64,000 nt of DNA from Octopus sinensis (taxonomy: Eukaryota): assembly GCF_006345805.1 (NCBI RefSeq), contig NC_042998.1:110856001-110920000 (forward strand). The letters run 5' to 3'. The notes under the pieces were generated by a model. It saw only the letters and a list, made by a program, of their open reading frames with translations, had not been told where the DNA came from and searched no databases. Of this stretch, positions 13,678 to 28,602 are shown one piece after another; position 1 is the stretch's first letter, and each line of letters begins with the position of its first letter. The translations under genes were made by a program, and so were the position numbers.

Positions 13678-16232
13678 CGAAAGAAGGTTTGAAAATGCAA
13701 TTTTAAAAGATGTTTATTTATTTTACCGGTTTCACTCTTTGGAAAAAAGATTGTCAAAAGCAACATGTAGAAGTTTGGTTGCGTTAATTATTGGTTGTTA
13801 CAAAATGCTACATTACATATATACAGTCTTTGGTAACAAGGACATGTTAAGGACGTAAAAAAAGTTTAACAAGTTCCTTAAAATATTGAGCACAAACGAT
13901 TACAACATAAATAATCATTCTCAAGAACATGTTAAAGATAGTTTCCAGAAGGAATTATTAAAATGTTCAGTGGGATATCGGTATTGTATCTGTATAGCAA
14001 ACACGCACAGAATATTGGTTGACACAGAGTACTACAATACATATATATATATATATATACATTCTTTGGTGACAAGAGCAAGTTAAGAACATAAAATAGT
14101 TTAACAAGTTCATTGAAATATTGGGCAAATATAGGGAAAATAATCTTATTCAAAAATTCAGACCACAACTAAACATACTCTAACATGCCCCCAGGCACAC
14201 ATCCAAAACAAACACACAAAGACACACACACTCGCACCATATATACGCACACACACAAACACATACTCAATACTAACACACACAAAACGCATAAACACAC
14301 ACACGCCACCCAGACAAACCCAACACACATGGACAGACATACGAACAAACACATACACACACTATCACACACGCAACACACTAACAGACATTAACCACAC
14401 ACATACACAACACACACAAATACACGCACACACAAATGGGCACATATATACACACAATTTCCTACCAAATCTTAAAAACACACATCTATTTACACCACAA
14501 TGGACCCTGGGACCAATCAAAAACGGCCCACACACACAAAGACATGTGTGTGTATATATATATATATATATACACTCACACTGTTTTGACCCCCATACAG
14601 ACACACATATACACACACGTGCGCACACACAGCACCATGACAAATACCAATCATGCACATTCATACACACACACACAAACACAAACACATGTATATGTAT
14701 ATATACACACACACAAAGACACACACATTCGCACCATATATACGCACACACACAAACACATAACCAATACCAACACAAACACGCCACACGGATATACCCA
14801 ACAGACATGGACACACATACGAACAAACACATACACACTAACGCACACGCAACACACTAACAAACACTAACCACACACATACACACACACACACACACAC
14901 ACAAACGGGCACACATGTACGCACACCATCCTACCACATTTTTAAAAAATACACATCTATTTACACCACAATGGACCCTGGGACCAATCAAAAACAGCCC
15001 CCCACACACAAACACATGTATACACATATATACACACACACAAAGACACACACACTCACACCATTCTGACCTCCATACAGACACACATATACACACACAG
15101 CACCATGCCAAATGCCAATTACACACATACATACATACACACATATACACACACACAGCACCAAGACAATCACACACACGATTGACAAACGGGCACACAT
15201 ATACACACACTATCCTAACAAATTTCTAAAAGAACACACATCTATTTACACCACAATGGACCCTGGGACCATTCAAAAACAGCCCACACACAAACACATG
15301 TATACATATACACACACAAAGACACATACACTCACACCATATATACGTACACACACAAACACATACTCAATGCCAACACACAAAAAACGCATGTACACAC
15401 ACACACGCCACACAGATACGCCCAACAGACATGGACACACATACGAACAAACACATACACACTAACACACACGCAACAGACTAACAAACATTAACCGCAC
15501 ACATACACACACACAAACGGGCACACATATACACACACCATCCTACCAAATTTAAAAAAAACACATCTTTTTACACCTGAGATAAAAAATAAAAAATAGC
15601 CCACACACACAAATACATGTATACATATATATATGCACACAAAAAGACACACACACTCACACCATTCTGACCTTCATACAGACACATATATACACACGCA
15701 GCACCATGCCAAATGCCAATCACACACATACACACACACACACACACAACACCAAGACAATCACATACACGGTTGATAAACGGGCACACATATACACACC
15801 ATCCTACCAGATTTTACAAACACACAGACACATCTATTCACACCACTCATGTATATACACACACAAAGACACACTCACCCAAACCATTCTGACCTCTAAA
15901 GCCAATCCCCCAAATCATTGATGCTTGAAGGAGAAACAAAAACGAAAAATTCTTTTCAGTTCCACATTACTCCTCCTTCCCCCCACCCAAACACACCTAC
16001 AGTGTCCCTTTAAATAGATAATATTATTTTACGTTAACATGGTGGACAGGTCAGTTTTAGCTTCCCTACTATTATAATGTAAACCTTTTTGAACTCAATA
16101 TTCTTGAGAATGATTATTTATGTTGTAATCTTTTGTGCCCAATATTAAAGTAAATAAACATATTTTAAAATTGCATTTTCAAACCTTCTTTCGTATATAA
16201 TTCCACTCGTGAGGTACCCTACAACTCCACTT
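13672..16232 (+). mobile_element. Severely 5'-truncated Penelope-like element with inverted pseudo-LTR
   Basis: 13672-13725 is the reverse complement of 16146-16198, and 13880-13928 of 16101-16145. The sense part starts ~14130 with YRENNLIQKFRPQLNIL* (GIY-YIG C-terminus). Confidence 0.7.
14200..15900 (+). repeat. CA-rich complex minisatellite in the PLE 3' UTR
   Basis: Anchor tctatttacaccacaatggaccctgggacc at ~14484, 14956 and 15241; anchor caccatg.caaat.ccaat at ~14633, 15101 and 15702. Confidence 0.85.
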
Positions 16233-16249
16233 TGTTATATATATATATA

Positions 16250-17862
16250 TATTGTATTGTATTGGCATCCTTTCTGTCTCGGGAGACAATGGAGTTGCGC
16301 AAGTTTTTTTTTTGTTTTTTTTTTTAGTCTAGTCCGGCTTTTATATTTCATGTCTTGATACATTTCCTGCTGTGTAGTCCTATCCTGGACAAACACTCCC
16401 TCTGGCAGGTACCGCAAATGTAGCGAAGACTGTTCCTGGCTGGTTGTAGTGCCATAGTTTCTTGCTTACGTCTCTCCTTTCTTTCCATTTCTCCTCTCTC
16501 TCTCAGTCACTCTTTTGTATTCCCTCTTTTACTGTACATCGCCATTCTCCACGGTTGCCGGCAACTGCCTCCCAACCGCTAATATTGATGTTGCAGGCCT
16601 TCATATCCCTTTTGCAAACATCCCTGTAACGTAAGATCGGTCTATCCACAGACCTAGTACCCCTAGCAAGCTCTCCGTAGAGTATGTCCTTGGGGATTCT
16701 GCCATCTTTCATACGGCTAACATGCCCAAGCCATCTCATACGTCTTTGTGTGAGGAGTGGTATTCCTGCTTGCCTGAGTACATCTTTGTTGAGGATATGA
16801 TTCTGCCATTTGATGCGGAGGATATTTCGGAGGCAGCGCAGGTGAAAGATGTTTAGGCGACGCTCTTGGCGTGTGTATAGCGTCCAGGTTTCGCTTCCAT
16901 ACAGTAGAGTGCTGAGTACACATGCCTGGTAGATCTTCATTTTCGTGGTCTTGGTCAGCTTATTGTTGTCCCAAGCCCGTTTGGAGAGTTGGGCCATCGC
17001 AGCAGCTGCCTTGCCAATGCGTATATTGAGCTCAGCGTCAAGGGATAGGTTGTAGGTGACGGTAGAGCCCAGATAGGTAAACTTCACCTCTTGTAATCTG
17101 TGGTCTCCAATATGTATGTTTGGGATGTCCGATGTAGCCTGGCCCATGATGTTGGTCTTCTTAAGGCTGATAGCTAAGCCAAAGTCGTTACATGCTTGCT
17201 CAAAACAGTTAATGAGCCTTTAGAGGGCTTCTTCTATGTGTGTTACCAGAGCGGCATCATCAGCAAATAACATCTCCTTGATCAGGACGTTTCTGATTTT
17301 GGTCTTGGCACGCAGGCGCGAGAGATTGAACAGTTTCCCGTCACTTCTACTGTGCAGAAACACTCCGTCATCTGATGCCTGAAAGGCATGTGAAAGTAAG
17401 AGTGAGAAGAAGATGCCAAACAATGTAGGAGCGAGGACACAGCCTTGTTTACCCCGATTTTTATTTGGAAGGCGGCTCATGTTGAACCGTTGTGCTGTAT
17501 GGTGCCTTGCATGTCATCATGGAAAGACTTGATGATCCTCAGCAGCTTTGGTACACATCCGAGTTTTTGGAGCAGGAGGAAGAGGCCTGTTCTGCTTACC
17601 GAGTCAAAAGCCTTTGTTAGATCAATGAAGGCCATATATAATGGCATTTTCTGCTCTCTGGACTTCTCCTGAAGTTGGCGTATGGAGAATATCATATCGA
17701 TAGTTGATCTGCTTCTTCTAAAGCCACACTGCGATTCCGGATAGATTCGAGAAGCAAGTAGTTGTAGCCTAGCCAGGATAACGCGGGCAAAGGTCTTTCC
17801 AACAGTGGTTAGAAGGGATATACCACGGTAATTGTTACAATCACCACGGTCACCTTTGTTTT
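16250..17862 (-). mobile_element. RTE-clade LINE, 5'-truncated, in (TA)n
   Basis: NYRGISLL, QCGFRRSRSTIDMIFSIRQLQEK, FIDLTKAFDSV, KQGCVLAPTLF, LFADD, TLLYGSETW, RWLGHVSRM, GRIPKDILYGEL; 3' end ...gaaaggatgcc(aatac)n. Confidence 0.93.
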
Positions 17863-18445
<583 letters not shown>

Positions 18446-18780
18446 TAGACAAGCGCACATACGCAATGGGAATGGGGTGAGGAAGACGGATTCAGTTATC
18501 ATTTAATCTCAATATCTTTACTGACTTGGGGGTGGGATTGACTTTATTGAACAGAGAGGATTAGGAAAAACTTTATTATGATACCATGCACGTGTAATTT
18601 TTCATTAGGCGACATCAGATATTAATACTTAGGTTCCGTGTATTTATGAGCATTTTCTCGGACAAAACGTGTATGTATATTTACATTTTCATTTGAGTTT
18701 CCATTTCAATACTCTTATCTACTCTCTCGCAAGCTTCATTAGGAAGTATAATATGTTTATCTGTTTTCTGTATTTAATTC

Positions 18781-18850
<70 letters not shown>

Positions 18851-19506
18851 GATAGTAATTGTTTTGCAGATGCAATTTGCGTCATGAACTAACAAATGAA
18901 ATGTTTTGAAATCCTGTCCACTTCTATCTATAGCAATTAATTATTATGTAGTTTCATATATTTTCTAATTATTCAAAACTTAGATATAGATATCAATTGG
19001 AGAATCTTAATACAAGGACCTCTAATTGGAAACTGAAACAGTTTCACGACAACAAATGCTTTCCGACAGATCTGAATTAGTACATATACGCAAACTTAAA
19101 ACTAATTACGGGTGGACATCTCATCTTATTGAACTGCATAAGAACCTAATTAAAGTCATTGATAATTATACACTAATAAATCGATATAAGACATGAATAA
19201 CGATTTGCTTTACAAAAAAAAAAACGTATATTTATATATTTGTATTTTTTATACGTAAATGACTCATATTAAATGAAAATATAGAACTACTTACTTTTCT
19301 TTTACATAAAGCGTTTATTACAAGAGTCATCAAGAGATTTAGATTTTCATGATATAATTTTATTTCATTTTTATGTTAAGACATAAATATTGAAAACAAC
19401 TATTAGAAGAGGGGTCACACAAATGTATTAGTCTATGTATGCGGATATAAAATTTATAAATGTATGTATGGATGTATGTTTTTCTAAAAATATGCTTTTA
19501 TAGAGA

Positions 19507-21160
19507 TTAGTTAGTTAGTTAGTTAGTCAGTCAGTCAGTTAGTTAGTTAGTTGGCCGCGTCTCGTGTTTCCAAGCTTGCAATCCAGTTCATTTTCCTGGG
19601 TGTTTGAACCGCATAGGGCTCCGCAATCCAAGAGTTGCATGAAACACACGGGGACATTGCAGAAAGGGGATAGAAGGGGCTGGTTTGGGAAGGAGAACGC
19701 GCTGTTTACTCTCCTGTCTCTTGAGTTCATCTCTTGCAACTCGGGCTTTCTCGAAGTCCTCAGAACCCGTTTCGATGGTGTGTCTCCAAAGGGGTCTGTT
19801 TGCCGAGATATCTTCCCAGTGTACGGGGTCGATGCTAGTGCTTTTCATGGTTGATTTGAGTTGGTCTTTGTATCGCCTCAAGGGGGCTCCACGAGGACGT
19901 TTTCATTCAGACAGTTCACTGTAGAGACAGACCTTGGGAAGGCGATGCTCATTCATCCGACGGACATGACCTGACCATTGGAGACGATGTTCAATGACCA
20001 GAGCTTCGATGCTCAGGAGACCTGATCTTTCAAGCACAGAGTTGCTGCTGATGCGATCTTCCCAGTTGATGTTCAGGATAGAGCGACTTTGGATTGATGG
20101 AAGCGCTCTAGTTTCTTCATATCCTTACGGTAAACAGTCCAGGTTTCACACCCGTACAGCAGAGTTGATACGACAACAGCCCGATAGACCATGAGCTTCG
20201 TTTTGAATGTCAGATCCTTGTTGCAAAATACTCTGGTTTTGAGACGACCAAAAGGGGTATGACCTGATTGGATGCGATGTTCGATATCCTTACAGTGGGT
20301 AACAGAAAACTTTCAAGATAGCAGAAGTCCTCGATGACCTCAATTGATTGGTTTCCTCAAGATCTCAAAGATGCAGTTATTGTTACCATCTACAAGAAAA
20401 GGGATAGGAGCCTTTGTGGCAACTATCGTGGCATCTCTCTGATTTCAATCGCAGGCAAGGTTATCGCCTAATCTTGTTACATCTCCGAGTAGTAGCTGAG
20501 TCAGACTTTCCTGAGCCACAGTGTAGTTTCAGAAGGTCAAGAGGTACCATCGACATGATCTTTTGTGCACGTCAGATCCAGGGAAAGTGCGAGGAGCAGC
20601 AGAAACCTGTCTTTTTCATCTACTACGACTTGGAGAAAGCTTTCGACAGTGTCCCAAGAGAGGTCATGTGGGATATCATGCATCGTTACGGTTGTCCTGG
20701 AGGCTTCATTTCGCTGATCAAGTGTTTCCATGATGAAATGAGGGGAAGAGTCCTTTATCATTCTGACATCTCTGAACAATTCAAGATCACCTGTGGCCTG
20801 AAGCAGGGATGTGTTCTTGTTCCAACCCTGTTTTCTCTCTACATCGCTGCCATGCTCTCCGAAATTCCAACAGACAACCCTGGAGTGGAACTCAGATGTA
20901 GATTTGATGGCGGACTTTTCAACATCTCGCGTTTCCGATCAAGATGTCACTGTCGAGAGCACAAGATCACTGAGATTCAATACGCTGATGATAATGCAGC
21001 CCCAGCTTCAACTGCAGAGGACCTCCAAACCTCAACAAACAACTTCAGCAGAGTTTATCAAACCTTCGGCCTGAAAGTGAACATAGCCAACACCAAAGTG
21101 CTCGCTTAACCAGCTCATCGTACCAACCTTGACAACCCCAACATCACCATCAACAACCAA
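19507..21160 (-). mobile_element. RTE-clade LINE with 5' inversion and 11-bp target-site duplication (TSD)
   Basis: 3' half on minus strand (~19507-20305: STLLYGCETW, QWSGHVRRM, RRYKDQLK, (TAAC)n tail). Earlier RT on plus strand (~20340-21160: GNYRGISL, DLEKAFDSV, GLKQGCVL, QYADD). TTTTATAGAGA at 19496-19506 and 21161-21171. Confidence 0.92.
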
Positions 21161-21439
21161 TTTTATAGAGAAAGATAGTAAGTTAAATACATAGTTACGT
21201 AAATGAAGGATACATATGCCTTTATGTAAATGTCTTTGTTTATACGTAAGTAAATGTAGATCGACTAGTAGATAACTAGATAATTTATAGATCGCCAGAG
21301 AAACAGACACATACATACATACATACATACATACATACATACATACATACATACATACATACATACATACATACATACATACATACATACATGCATACAT
21401 ACATTCATGCATACATACATATATACATGTATACATACA

Positions 21440-21625
21440 TACCTGGTTGAGTCAAAGAATTTTCGTATTTCAAATTTATTTAATAATTCAATCAAATTAC
21501 ACTCATGAAGCGTTTATTCATCAAAATATATCCTGTCAAACGATATCGTTTGTTGCCATCGTTTTACCAGAAACTCAATTCATTTAGTTGGTTTAGAGGC
21601 AAAATATTCCCTACACTCGTTTTCT
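21440..21625 (-). mobile_element. Mariner 3'-end fragment
   Basis: EYFASKP...LVKRWQQTI....YFDE* resembles the mariner transposase C-terminus. Confidence 0.45.
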
Positions 21626-21629
21626 CGGA

Positions 21630-22968
21630 GTCTGGTTCGGTTCGGAACTCCAGATTGGCAAAAACTAGGACGACGTAACGGGGAAGAAATGGGCCGAGAG
21701 AAAGCTATCTCTCAAATGTCGTGTAGAGGTGGCTAACGCGTATATCATGTCCGTCATTTGACCGTTGTGCTTTGTCCTGGTCACCGTCTGATTACGCTGG
21801 AGCATATATTATTCCGCCTCTTGTGGAATGGACGCGTCCCGATGGTCAGGTGCTTTACCTGCTGTCAGCATTCGCTGCCTGGTGGACTGGGCATGCCGTG
21901 GTTGATGATGCGCAGGCATGCACTGAGGTTAGATCTCCAGTGCTTCCTTGACAGTAAACAAGTGTGGTCACCGTTCGTCAGACACGCATTTCCACACCTA
22001 GTTTCCTAAACGGAGTGGTAGTGCTAGGTAGAACAGAGACCGAAGGGGAACTTTTGGAAAGTGGAATGTCTTCCAGCGCTCACAGCCCTCAGTCAATCGG
22101 ACAGTGCAATAGGTGGAACGTCCAATTTAGCTTTTTATAAAGGATTAGTGGGGGAAAAGTGCGGCCACGTTCTTGAAGAGACCTTGGGCGTCGAAAATAA
22201 TCAGCTAGTCGCTCTTTTTCGGAGAGCTTTCGGGGCGGGACCGATGGATAATTTTCAAAAATCTCTAGCCTGGCAGTGCTACCGAGGAACTTTGTCTATT
22301 CAAGATAAACTGTACAACCACGGAAGTGCCGTCAGCCGAGCATGTCCGTGATGCGTGCAGGACGACGAGACGTTCCTGCATGCACTCGTCCATTGCCGGG
22401 CATTGCTGACCTGTGGGTTTATGTCGAACGCCAGCAGTAGTGTGTGGGACGGATCCGGCAATCAACTGAATTCATCGTAAAGATCGCCCTGTCACCTTCC
22501 TTAACGGAAAAGGAATGGCAAAAGAAGATATGGTGGACGAAATTAAAGGAACTCTTTGGTCAATCCTCATGAACTTCATCCAGTTTCACTTGAAAAGGAA
22601 AATAAAAGTAGAAAGAGATGTGCTGTCTTTTAGTCAGTATGCCGAAAGTTGGAATAAGAAGGGACGAGAATGGTACGAGTAAACTGGCCTGCCCTGAGTA
22701 TACGCCTGTAGTTGGAAAGAGGAAAGGAAATGAAAAAAGGTACCTACCCCAAAAGTCAGGGTACCCATACTTTTTATGGGGTTTTTCCATAATGAGCCCT
22801 CGAACATCTCCTACCTAATTCGGGTCACACATTGCTGAGCACGTTTTAAGCAATTTTATTAGACTTGTTTATACGCAAAGCCCTCACAACTACTACATAC
22901 ACACACATACATATTTTTTTGTTTTGTCCTGCGCTGTACATAATGTAAACCCACGTGGCTAATAAACA
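21630..22968 (+). mobile_element. L1/Tx1-like LINE 3' portion
   Basis: WAERKLSLKCRVEVANAYI, FRLLWNGRVP, GGLGMPWL..RRHALRL, MDNFQKSLAWQCYR and FHLKRKIKVER; AATAAA at ~22961. Confidence 0.8.
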
Positions 22969-23012
22969 AATTATTATTATTATCATTATTGTTGTTGTGG
23001 TTGTTGTTGTTG

Positions 23013-23113
<101 letters not shown>

Positions 23114-23115
23114 TT

Positions 23116-25010
23116 GCCTTTGCAAAGCTTCAGCTTCTAACGCTGGAGATGTACTACGGTGTCAGCTGTTCACTACCAGTGAACTAATGGAGCACCTCTT
23201 ATTTTTCGAGCACCTTCCGGAGCAGTTCCTAGCAGTGCTGTTTTCTGCAAGTGCTCCACCCTTATTGCACCCCTATTTGTTCTATGTACTTCTCAAGATT
23301 TTTACCCACTCTTGCCAAGGTTCCGACGGTTAATGTTACTACTGCCACCTTTTTCAGCGACCACAACTGCTTAACATCCCAAGCTAACCTGTCATATCTC
23401 TCGATTTGATTTTCTCTCTTCCTTTTCGCATACCTTGTAGTCAGCTGGGCATGCTATATCTATGATCCAGCACTGTTTGCTTTCCTTCTCAATTAACACT
23501 ATGTCTGACTTCCTATTCTCTATCGCATGGTTGCACTGAATAAAATCCCACAGGTTCTTGGCATTATCATTTTCGATGATGCCTTCGGGTTTGTGGTCGT
23601 ACAATTTTTTGCTCTGTCAAGTTCATAGTTGTTGCAAAGTGTCCAATAGACAAGCCTTGCTATGTTGTCATGGTGCCTTCTTCACTATTACCTACATAGC
23701 AGTCTATATCTACTCTAACTCCACGTAGTCTTCTATTTCTACCTTTTCTCGGTTGGGATAATCTTGCTATTACTACCCTTGGGTGGAGTCCTCCATTCAT
23801 ATTGAATTATTCCCTAGTTCTTCTGTATAGCTTTGCTAATGCAATTTTTGCACAATCTACAAAAGCTGCTGAGTATCTAAGTAATGATACTGCCCAAGTA
23901 TTTAAACCTTTCCTAGATTCGGACCAATTAGCTTTGATTTCATTAGCTTCCTCACCCTTCTGATGTACTCCTTAATTTTCGTTTTCATTTTTGAAGTTAT
24001 TACTCTGTCAGATTCTAATACTACTAGATACTTATAACTCTCTCCTCCTTTCAATGATTTTAATGTCTGGCCATCTGGTAATTGGATGCCTTCGTTGTTC
24101 ACTCCCTGTCCACTTCTCATGACTTATATTTCACACTTACCTATGCCAAATTTCATGCCTATATCTTATCTGAAGAGTCTTACAGTCTGTATTAAGGAAT
24201 CTCTTTTCCCTTCTTACTAAAAAGTTTCAAATCATCTATGGTTAATTTTTCCATTACTATTTCTGAACAGATACCCTGCCTGTGCCTTCCTTAATACTAA
24301 ACTGAGGGGGATCAAACATAAGACAAATATTAAAGGGGACAACGAACTCCACTGTAAAATACGTCTTTTGAAATTAACTTTCCCTAAGAGTGTGTCACCT
24401 GAGTAGAGTGATACACTCATGCTAAAGCTAATTAATTCTGTTATGTTTTCTGCTATACTCAATATACTCAAACATTCACTTATCCTTGAGTGTGGGATCA
24501 TGTCATAGGATTTCATGTAATCTATCCATGTTATTGTTAGATTTTTCTTTCTAGCTTGTACTTCATGTAGAACTTCTTTGTCTATATGTAATAGATCATG
24601 TGTTCCTCTAGCCTTCTTCCTGCAACCTTTCTGTTCTTGTAGTAAATTCTGGCTAACAACGGGCTCGTAGATGCTTTCTGAAAGCATTCCTGTTAATAGC
24701 TTCCACACTAATGGTAAGTGATTGGTCTATAGTTGCTAGCTGTATTACCCCGGCCCTTATCATTCATAATGAGTATTGTCCTCTCTCTAATCATCCAAAT
24801 CTGGTATTATTCCTCGATTAAGGCAATCCTGAAATTGTTCCCTCAGCCTACCACTTAAGCTAACGGAATTTCTTAACCCAGTAAATTCCTTGAACTAAAT
24901 CTGGTCCTGGGCCCATCCAATTCGGCATTCTTCCTAACACTTTAATCATTGATGCACTAGTTAATCTTTGATCTGGTTGCTTCTCACTCACCACTTCTTC
25001 TCTTATTGAA
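23116..25010 (-). mobile_element. Degenerate R4/Dong-like RLE LINE (RT to RLE)
   Basis: EQKGCRKKARGT.DLL, WIDYMKSYDMIPHS, LSPLIFVLCL, LWDF, DIVLI..IIDIACP and LQKTALLGTA; 3' end abuts (TTA)n at 22971-23115. Confidence 0.85.
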
Positions 25011-28000
25011 CTGACGCTGTTGCTGCTGCTATTACTGTTGCTGTTGTAAAAGGATATCTCCCGAAGAAACTGGATTATTATATAACTTCAAATCATGATA
25101 TAGATTTACTATATATCATTTTGCAAGCAATTTTTGGAGTAGCGTTAATCTGTTTTTCAATATCTGAGGTCCAGAGAATATCTATTTAAAATGTCACTTG
25201 ATTTATTTATTTTAGTTTCCGGAATTTATTATCTACAGTAAATTTCTATATGATTTCTTCTACTAAAAAAATAATACCTAAAACCATGAAAGTGTATAGC
25301 ACGAAATTTCTCCTATGACAAAAAAAAAATAACATCCATTTAGTCTTCGAAACCACAAAGTAATTTTTTTAAAAACGAATTTTAAAAGCTCAGTGAAGAG
25401 AATTGACAATAAAACAATTGAATTACTCACAAGCACACAAAATAAGAAATTTTCAGTGTCCTGGAATGCAAATTAGTATAGTATAAAGTACGGTAACCAT
25501 GACAATACCAAAACGCACAAAGCGTATATAGCATGCACTTGTCAATAGAAGAAAATAATGGAAAATGCAGCAGAAGGAAAGGCGAATCTGAATAAAAATA
25601 AAATGAAAGCCTTTCCAGCCTTTCTTGTTTTGTTCGGGATACTTTAATCAGACGAACCAACATATGAATATCTGAGAAAGTAAATCTAATCTAGTAGACT
25701 TCTGTGACAAGAAGCATATCAGTACCTCTCAACTTCGACAGAGATAGAAACAGAAGAAGAAGGAGAGATTATGTGTGCGTGCGCACGTGTGTGTGTGCGT
25801 GTATGTATGCGTGTGTGTCAGCGCGTGCGTGTGTGCGTGCCCGTGCGCATATGTGCATGTGTGTTTTGATATATGTGATATTGATAATGCTGAGGATGGA
25901 ACTAAGGGATAAGCTAAGTTCGTGTGCAATACACCTAACTATAGAATGATACAATTTTCAGGTCGAAGGAACCTGGCAGCTACCGTAAAAAGCATCAGTG
26001 TTAGTCTCCAGTTCTTGCCTTCACTGTGACACTATACAGGTAGAGGTCAGTACTGACTTGACATTCGACTGTTCGTGGCTGAATGAAAGCTCTATGGATA
26101 TATATGTGTCACCAAAGCTTGCATATTAATATGTCACTTGAACACAAATCGATGCAAGACATATATTTTCTAGTGGATGCGAAAAGAAATGTTATAAGAA
26201 TGGTCGCTGAAGGAAGAAAGTGCAAGTGTTTCACTTTTGGCAATAAGTGCTATTCCAAAGCATATTGCCCAAAAGTGTTCTACAAGCAAAATGAAAAACC
26301 AAGAGAGCGTAGATATAGCTGCTATGCCAAGCGCAACTCAGCTCTGTTCGGAGACATCATAAGAATTCATGTTGGCCTTTCATGGTAAGTAACGTCGCCC
26401 CAACATTTCGCCATAATGAAGATGAAATTGAAAGTGAACACCAGGGAAGTTAAGGACAGTTGAGAAAAAAACGACAGAAAATTTGTTTCAAGTAAGCATA
26501 TGGGAAGCAAAATGGGTATAAAAAGCCACTCCCTACTCGCATGCAGTTCTTCTCGAAACAAATGACTGGAGGATAAACTATACTACTGATGGGATACGAA
26601 GAAGTGAGGAACGAACTGACTGATAAAAAACTGACTGATATTGTGAAAGGCACAGAAGAAGATTATGGATATATACTGCGTAACCGCGTACATGACGTGA
26701 GGAATTTTTGTCAAGTTCTACGCCGATAATTTTTGTGACACCCTCGAATACAGTAAATCCGATGCTTAGCTAGAGACCAGTGTCGTGTGTTTCTCTCACA
26801 CAACGTATCTGATAAGTTTCCCACTGCATGCGTGAGGGATTTGGGTGGGGGTGCAGTTTTTCAAATACTATGGTCATGTGTGCAGTATTATGCGTTTTAT
26901 AGAACTTAGTGTACGCTTAATTGTTATCAAATGTTTTTCTCATTGCATAACGTCTTTAATCATTTCGTTTTTAACCATTTCCATTTGCCCAAACACACCT
27001 TTCTAGCTTATAAAGGTATATGTCTGAACACCTGTCAACGCTTCGTATTCTTTTAGAACGGTGCCGACCAGATCTATGAGCCTGGTGTCCGAACACTTGT
27101 AGACTAATTTTATTGTTCTTGTTGGCAAGCTGGGAAACTCATTAGTGACTCAGGGAAAATGCTTAGAGGCACATTTTTTTTGCAGTAGTTTCTGAGCATG
27201 TGATTATGGATAGAGGGACGAAAATAAGGACGGAGTACTTGCCCTAGTACCAGGGTGGCTGTGGTTTGTGGAGTTTCCACACTTTTTAATTGCATCGTAT
27301 AGCACCGTATTTGAACTTTCTGTAACCCTTTAGTATTTAATAAAGGAGTCTTTATTGTTATCAATTATTATTTTTGTTGTTGTTGTTATTATTGTTATCA
27401 TTATTATTATTATTATCATCATCATCATCATGATTGTAGTTGTTATTGTCGTCATCCTGATCAACATCATCATTACCACCACCAGTATCATTATTATTTA
27501 TTCCCAATCTGCCAAGTCGCTCTCTTGATAGCTAGGAAATTCAGTATAATTTACCCTGACAAAAATAGATGAATATCATTATTTTTTATCTGGATTATAC
27601 AAAGCATGACATTCCAAGCAATTTTGGAGTTTATTTTTACCAAAATAAACGAGGAAAATGAGTCTTTTAATAGTTTGGTTTACTCTTCGGATATATTAAA
27701 TAATGGCGTCAGTGAGGACAACAAACAGATAGTTCTTTCAAATACTGTAAAAAAAAAATCTGAACAGTTCACTTTAAACAAAATAAATGGAAAACTTGTT
27801 TTAGTCAAAAGATGTACGCAAACTAAAGAGTATGGGAATAATGGAACAAAAATGACTTCATTACTGGATATGAGAGTTAAAATATCCAATACACGAAATT
27901 TCACACACATACGCATACAAACATACACATACACGCATACACATACACAGGCATGCACACATATTGTATCAAATGTATATACGAACATTACTTTCTGTAA

Positions 28001-28280
28001 TGCTGTTACTAATAGAGCAAAACTTGACATAAAAGAACTTGAGGAACGAAAAACAATTTTGCAGTCATATTTAACAATGGAAAATGGCATTCTTCTGATT
28101 ATTTAAAGGAATAAAAATATAGAAAATTACACCTAATGGTCTAGTTAGAGACAAAAAAAACTACAAATAGTTCAAGTGAAGATTTGGGAAAACATTGTGT
28201 CTGTTAACCGAGGTAAGAAATGCACTGGTCTTTATTTGTACAAACACATGTGCGCTCTCAAATAGATGTACTTACTATAA

Positions 28281-28602
28281 CTGGTACTCCGTCAGTTACG
28301 ACGACGGGAGTTCCAGTTGATCCGATAATCGGAACTGCCTATTCGTGAAATTAACATGTAAGCGGTTGTGTACTCCACAGACACGTGTGCCCTTAACGTA
28401 ATTCTGAAGGAGATTCAGCGTGACACAGTGTGACAAGGCTGGCCCTTTAAAATATAGGTGCTACTCATTTTTGCCAGCTAAGTTGACGGGAGCAACGTGA
28501 AATACAGTGTCTTGCTCAAGGATACAACTTGTCACCGGGAATTGAAATCAAGACCTTACAATAGTGAGCCGAATACCCTAACCCCTAAGCCACACGCTTT
28601 CA
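28281..28602 (-). mobile_element. tRNA-derived CORE-type SINE
   Basis: Minus-strand head gcgtgtggcttaggggttagggtattcggctcac with A/B boxes, CORE-like tccttgagcaagacact, and RTE-like tail; related to 50513-50750. Confidence 0.75.

Noticed and set aside
14200-15900. Repeat-spacer appearance reminiscent of a CRISPR array
   Set aside because: The spacers are themselves repeated CA-rich units of irregular length; eukaryotic context and no cas genes.
25960-26680. Possible pogo/Tigger transposase relic
   Set aside because: Only faint resemblance (GDIIRI versus QGIIR); not supportable without a profile search.
27606-28106. 166-aa plus-strand ORF
   Set aside because: AT-rich, crosses a CA repeat, no motif or convincing splice context.
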